Shown here: positions 57,152 to 64,000 of the stretch, piece after piece
How positions within the stretch are numbered: position 1 is the first letter of the stretch
Layout of the letters: each line of letters starts with the position of its first letter
DNA from: Eledone cirrhosa
Taxonomy: Eukaryota
Assembly (NCBI GenBank): GCA_964016885.1
Contig: OZ024743.1
Location: 337,218,001 to 337,282,000 of the forward strand
Reading direction: 5' to 3'
DNA: 64,000 nt
Made by a program: the position numbers and the translations under genes
Notes under the pieces: generated by a model
Told to the model about the DNA's origin: nothing
The model's database searches: none
What the model saw: only the letters and a program-made list of their open reading frames with translations

Positions 57152-57158
<7 letters not shown>
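55543..57158 (-). repeat. Tandem array of a 526/527-bp unit (~2.9 copies) plus an inverted ~88-bp piece of the same unit, flanked by (TA)n
   Basis: Unit starts at 55545, 56071 and 56598; 57070-57158 is the reverse complement of part of the unit; each unit has minus-strand CTGATGA-CGGA..TTCG-GAAAA-TATA-TTT. Confidence 0.9.
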
Positions 57159-58700
<1,542 letters not shown>

Positions 58701-58722
58701 ATACATATATATATATATATAT

Positions 58723-58789
<67 letters not shown>

Positions 58790-59129
58790 CATAATATAAG
58801 ATCAAAAGATGGTTAAAGGAGTTCAATATATTTTATTATGCGCATTTCAAAAACAAACATCATCAAACAATAATATTTGTGTTTTCATCAGATAAAACAG
58901 GAGAACATGATATGAAGGCTAAAAAAACACTTGTTGATAGTGCAGTTTTAAATCAACATATGTTGATTTAAAACTGCACTATCAACAAGTGTTTTTTTAG
59001 CCTTCATATCATGTTCTCCTGTTTTATCTGATGAAAACACAAATATTATTGTTTGATGATGTTTGTTTTTGAAATGCGCATAATAAAATATATTGAACTC
59101 CTTTAACCATCTTTTGATCTTATATTATG
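58790..59129. repeat. Perfect 340-bp palindrome (170-bp arms, axis 58959/58960) carrying a hammerhead in each arm
   Basis: ..AAATCAACAT|ATGTTGATTT..; the + arm continues as unique sequence to ~59214, then (TA)n. Confidence 0.92.
59022..59088 (+). ncRNA. Type I hammerhead ribozyme (mirror copy on the minus strand, 58831-58897)
   Basis: TTTTAT-CTGATGA-AAACACAAATATTATT-GTTT-GATGATGTTTGTTTTT-GAAAT-GCGC-ATA-ATAAAA; all three stems pair and stem III is palindromic (ATGCGCAT). Confidence 0.8.
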
Positions 59130-59248
59130 CATACTCCAGTCCCACAAACTGTAGAGTGCTTCTTATCCGATATCTGCATTGCTTTATTGTACTACAATAA
59201 AACTCACCTCCTACATATATATATACATATATACATATATATATATAC

Positions 59249-59297
<49 letters not shown>

Positions 59298-59350
59298 CAT
59301 ATATATATATACATATATACATATATATACATATATATATATACATATAT

Positions 59351-59402
<52 letters not shown>

Positions 59403-59405
<3 letters not shown>

Positions 59406-62181
59406 ACAACAAATAGATGACGAGAAAGAGGCAGAGTTCACCATAGCTAGAAATAAGATTAGACAAATAGTAGACAGATATACTAAGAGACAGAGCAGAC
59501 CAGAGGCCCAACAACTTGGGAGGAAACGTGTAGAAGGCTTGGTTAGCCTCAAGCAGCGCACAAGGGATGGTGAGGTAGTATGTCTACCCACGGATAAGTC
59601 TGGTAGGATTTCAATAGATAGCATGCCGAACTACATCAAGGCTATGCAACCCCACATCACCAACACGAGCGAAATTGCACAACAAACACACGATGGGAGA
59701 GAGAAAATCCTCAACGCTCACATGATAATGTAGACCGACAGACGCATGATAATGTAGCCAAGCAGACGCACTGCCAACAACTTCCAGGCGTCTAACAATG
59801 GCATACCACCCTTGTATGGGCTCCGCAAAGACCACAAGACAGTCGACGATCCGACAACAGGACCACCAACAAGACCCGTATGCGGAGCTAATATAGCTAG
59901 TAACTACAGGATCTCCTACTTCCTCTCAGTGGTTATACGCCCCATAATCAAGATGTCCCCAGATGTATGTGACAGTACAGAGGACCTCCTCAGCAGAATC
60001 AGTGAGTGCAACAAAAACAGGAACCTATCCAACTGCATAATAAGCAGCATGGATGTGGTGTCACTGTACCCATCCATTAACATTGATTTTACTGTGAAAA
60101 GATGTGTGGAGATGATCATTGAGAGTGAGGTGGAGTTCTGCGACGTCGACACAGACGAACTGGGCCTCCTACTTAGACTTACCTACGACACTGACTACCT
60201 AGACAGCCATGACCTTAGACGTTTCTGCCCTAGTAGACCTATAAGAGGTAGACCCCCCACCATAACCTCAATGGCAAAAAAGACTAACATGGGAAGGTGG
60301 ATTGGGTGGACCAAAGCTATACGGACCCCCCAAAAAAATGATCAGGTAAGAAAAATGGTCGCACATGCAATAGGGGCTAGTATCAAAACTACCCTAAAGG
60401 GCCACATATTTAAGTTCAACGAGAAGATCTACACCCAAAATGAGGGAGCAGCCATTGGCGTCAGCATAGCTGGTGATGTTACCAACCTTTTCATGGTATG
60501 GTGGGAAAGGAGACTTAAAGATCTCCTTAATGAGAGCTCCATAGACCTCATCATGTACTCTCGTTATGTAGACGATATCAATATAGTTATAAGAACATCC
60601 CACTAGAGAGCACTAACAAGTTTGATTTAGAACGTAGCACAATGGAAAGCATCCAGCAGATAGCTAATTCCATACACCAGATTATAACTGTAACTATCGA
60701 CTTCCCTTCCAAACACCCTAACAATAGACTACCTGTATTAGACACAGAACTCTGGATTAACACTATAGACGAGAGAGCCCAAATTCTCCACTCACACTAT
60801 GCTAAACCCATGGCCTCCAAATACCTGATACTCAAAAACTCAGCAATGTCCAGTAGTGCTAAGTTTAATATTCTGATCGCAGATTTGGTACGAGTGATGA
60901 AGAATGTGTCCCGCATGTGCGACCCAACAGAAATGGAAAGACACATCCAACACTTCATCAACCGCATGCAGTTCTCTGGCTACAACCAAAGAGACAGAGT
61001 CAGAGTATACGAAGGAGCCATGGAGAAGTATAAGACCCTCATAGAACTGGACATGAAAGGAATTTGCCCATTATACAGGAGCAAATCATGGAATAGCTTA
61101 GATAGGGCTAGACATAAGATAGGGAAAGCCACCCCATGGTACGACAACCAGAGATACCAGAGTGTCATCTTTGTGGACACTACCCCTGGAGGGAAATTAG
61201 CTAACCAGTGTAGAAATGCCCTGAGAAAGACCCACTTAAAGATTAAGGTGGTAGAAAAGCCAGGAACCACCATAAAATCCCTGATCAGCAAAACCTACCC
61301 TTTTAAGAAAACCCACTGTACCAATAGGAAATGTATCATATGTAAGGTAAACCCCCGGATAAACTGTAAAACTAGAAACGTAGTCTATAGCATAAGATGT
61401 ACAGAGGGTACTTGCAGAAACATGACAACAACATACATAGGCGAGACAGCTTGTAGCATAGGTGAAAGGATAGACCAACACTGGGGGGAACTAAAAGGAC
61501 GAAAAATACGTACATGCTAGACAACAACATGACGGTAACATAGACAACATAGAAATTAGAATAATATCTAAACATAGAAATGACCCAGCAGATAGGCAAA
61601 TCAGAGAGGCCAGTGAAATAGAAATTAGAAGACCAAGACTAAACAGAAAGAATGAATGGAATAACAACAACACCCAAACAAACAACACTGACCTAAGAGA
61701 AGTATAAATAAGTAAATAAAATAAAATAAATAAATAAATACATACACAAGCACAATAACAACAAGCACATAAACACACACTAGTCACCCACCACACAGCA
61801 AACAAAACACTATACACACACGCAAACGCATGCGCAAAGAAGACAAAATAAAATAAACAAACAAGCAAATAAATAAATAAATATATAGACAGACTGAATA
61901 AAAATGGCGTAGACATACAATACAACAGGAGGAAAAGATAGCACCACTGACGATGTTGCAGATGTGCAACGAACGATTTATGATAAACTATATACATGTG
62001 TTTGTGTCTATATTGTATCTGTATTATTTTTGACCGTCGGTCAGTCAATGGCAACATTGAGGACCGAGTAAGTTAGATTACCGATATAAAAGACACAGAA
62101 GCAAGAAGCGAAAACCAACCAAACAGTGAGTGTGTTCTGTTATTAATTCTGGCAATATTACGCAAATATGACCCTCCCCAA
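59403..62181 (+). mobile_element. Penelope-like element (Naiad-like), copy 2: longer but disrupted
   Basis: [43 protein letters not shown]; stop at 59731, frameshifts near 60600 and 61505; (TA)n on both sides. Clade call is from recalled motifs (DKS in place of DKG; C..C/H..H in the endonuclease), not a phylogeny. Confidence 0.88.
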
Positions 62182-62182
62182 G

Positions 62183-62272
<90 letters not shown>

Positions 62273-63001
62273 TATGGGAGGAGGTTATAGTTCACTTGAA
62301 GCATTGTGTAATGAGGTATAAACGTTAGAATATGTGTAATAAGGCCAAGACAATGCAGATATGGACATAGAAAAAGAATGCAATAGTGAGAGATATTGAT
62401 GAGAATTCGTCTTTCACCTTGAATTTATTTAAATGTCCTTAATTTTCGAGATAATATCTCTTCTTCGGAGGGAAGTAAAAGTCTCAGACCAGCGTCTAAA
62501 TTTCCAATGAAGCCATGCTGACCGGAAATAGTATAGAGTTCTAACTTTAATATCAAAGAATTAAAATTAGGTGGGTAAAGAGTAGTCTCCCTTTAAGAGG
62601 GGTTTGTTTATGTTTTTGTTGTGTTTTTTAAATTTTATATGCGTGCCTGTATATGTGTGTGGGAGAAAGCATGAAGGTGTAGGTATGTGTGTGTGTGAGT
62701 GTGGGAAGATAGGTCTAATCGTAAAAGTGGGGGGTAGGTGTTATCTGGTGTTAGAACTGGTTTTGTGTGTGTATGTGTGAGAGAGAATAAGTGGAGGTGT
62801 GTGCGTGCGTGTGTGTGGGGTGTGTAAAGTGTGGCTAGAGGCCCTATCAGGTTATAAATTGGGTGTTGAGCTCTAGTCTATTATTGATTGGTGGATGTGT
62901 TCTATCTATAATGAGTGCTTCCTTGATTCTAAGATTACCGAGGTTTCTTTCTTTAGTTTCTATCCTAACTGTTATGTTTTTATCAGTGTTTTTGCATTTA
63001 T

Positions 63002-63466
63002 TGTTTCTTAGAAACAACAACAGCCATCCGCAGAGCCATCAGACGAGAAGGTCTGGATATTCAACTGGCCCATTCGGGTCCTTCTTTGCGTGGACGGCTA
63101 GCTAAGAGACACTCCACCAGACATGACAACTGCTGCAGACTAGCCAACTGCCCCATCAACGACACAGACCTATGCCACCAGGCTTACGTAGTTTACAGAC
63201 TAGAGTGTGACAAATGCAACAACTTCTACGTAGGTAGCACCACCAGACCACTCCACATAAGAATAAAAGAACACCTCAATACTAACGCTTCCTCATTTAA
63301 GAAACACCTAGTTAAATGCAAAAACACTGATAAAAACATAACAGTTAGGATAGAAACTAAAGAAAGAAACCTCGGTAATCTTAGAATCAAGGAAGCACTC
63401 ATTATAGATAGAACACATCCACCAATCAATAATAGACTAGAGCTCAACACCCAATTTATAACCTGA
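63002..63466 (+). CDS. Partial PLE GIY-YIG endonuclease domain
   Basis: ..AIRRAIRREGLDIQLAHSGPSLRGRL..CRLANCP..CHQAYVVYRLECDKCNNFYVGSTTRPLHIRIKEH..LRIKEALII..PPINNRLEL. Confidence 0.8.
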   Translation, partial: CFLETTTAIRRAIRREGLDIQLAHSGPSLRGRLAKRHSTRHDNCCRLANCPINDTDLCHQAYVVYRLECDKCNNFYVGSTTRPLHIRIKEHLNTNASSFKKHLVKCKNTDKNITVRIETKERNLGNLRIKEALIIDRTHPPINNRLELNTQFIT

Positions 63467-63841
63467 TAGGGCCTCTAGCCCCACTTTACACACCCCACAC
63501 ACACGCACGCACACACCTCCACTTATTCTCTCTCACACATACACACACAAAACCAGTTCTAACACCAGATAACACCTACCCCCCACTTTTACGATTAGAC
63601 CTATCTTCCCACACTCACACACACACATACCTACACCTTCATGCTTTCTCCCACACACATATACAGGCACGCATATAAAATTTAAAAAACACAACAAAAA
63701 CCTAAACAAACCCCTCTTAAAGGGAGACTACTCTTTACCCACCTAATTTTAATTCTTTGATATTAAAGTTAGAACTCTATACTATTTCCGGTCAGCATGG
63801 CTTCATTGGAAATTTAGACGCTGGTCTGAGACTTTTACTTC

Positions 63842-63876
63842 CCTCCGAAGAAGAGATATTATCTCGAAAATTAAGG
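63842..63876 (+). ncRNA. Minimal hammerhead-like motif (mirror copy 62437-62471, minus strand)
   Basis: CCT-CCGAAGA-A-GAGAT-ATT-ATCTC-GAAA-AT-TA-AGG; one deviation from the CUGAnGA box (CCGAAGA). Confidence 0.55.
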
Positions 63877-64000
63877 ACATTTAAATAAATTCAAGGTGAA
63901 AGACGAATTCTCATCAATATCTCTCACTATTGCATTCTTTTTCTATGTCCATATCTGCATTGTCTTGGCCTTATTACACATATTCTAACGTTTATATATA

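Larger units (their letters stand above)
62277..63996. mobile_element. Head-to-head inverted pair of 5'-truncated PLE 3' ends (684-bp arms 62317-63000 and 63313-63996)
   Basis: The arms are reverse complements; the spacer 63001-63312 is further coding sequence of the + copy; (TA)n at both outer ends. Confidence 0.9.

Overview
Repeat-only animal (probably invertebrate) genomic window; no host gene, rRNA, tRNA or CRISPR is supported. It has four zones. (1) 1-3.3 kb: Penelope-like element (PLE) remnants and fold-back hairpins in (TA)n, at the centre of a ~0.9 kb inverted duplication. (2) 3.3-15.8 kb and 40.6-47.5 kb: seven co-oriented Tx1/L1-clade LINE copies (ORF1 CCHC knuckle; ORF2 APE-RT-CCHC), all disrupted, truncated or internally deleted, each ending without poly(A) directly in (TATC)n or (TGTC)n. 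(3) 15.8-40.6 kb: a ~25 kb 52/56-bp satellite built from tetramers, with higher-order duplications and a 200-N gap. (4) 48.7-64 kb: a (TA)n field packed with PLE pieces (two Naiad-like RT/GIY-YIG copies and two other GIY-YIG families) plus small non-coding inserts. By eye I find about eleven different hammerhead-ribozyme (HHR)-like motifs, some canonical and some degenerate. The best candidates for new biology are: small non-coding, terminally redundant inserts in (TA)n, most carrying an HHR-like motif (retrozyme-like); one insert whose 5' end falls exactly on a predicted ribozyme cleavage site; fold-back axes that coincide with hammerhead cores; a shared TATTGAGYAC box downstream of several ribozymes; and a (TATC/TGTC)n-targeting Tx1 lineage whose empty site is preserved in an inverted duplicate. 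All RNA structures were paired by eye and none was computed.
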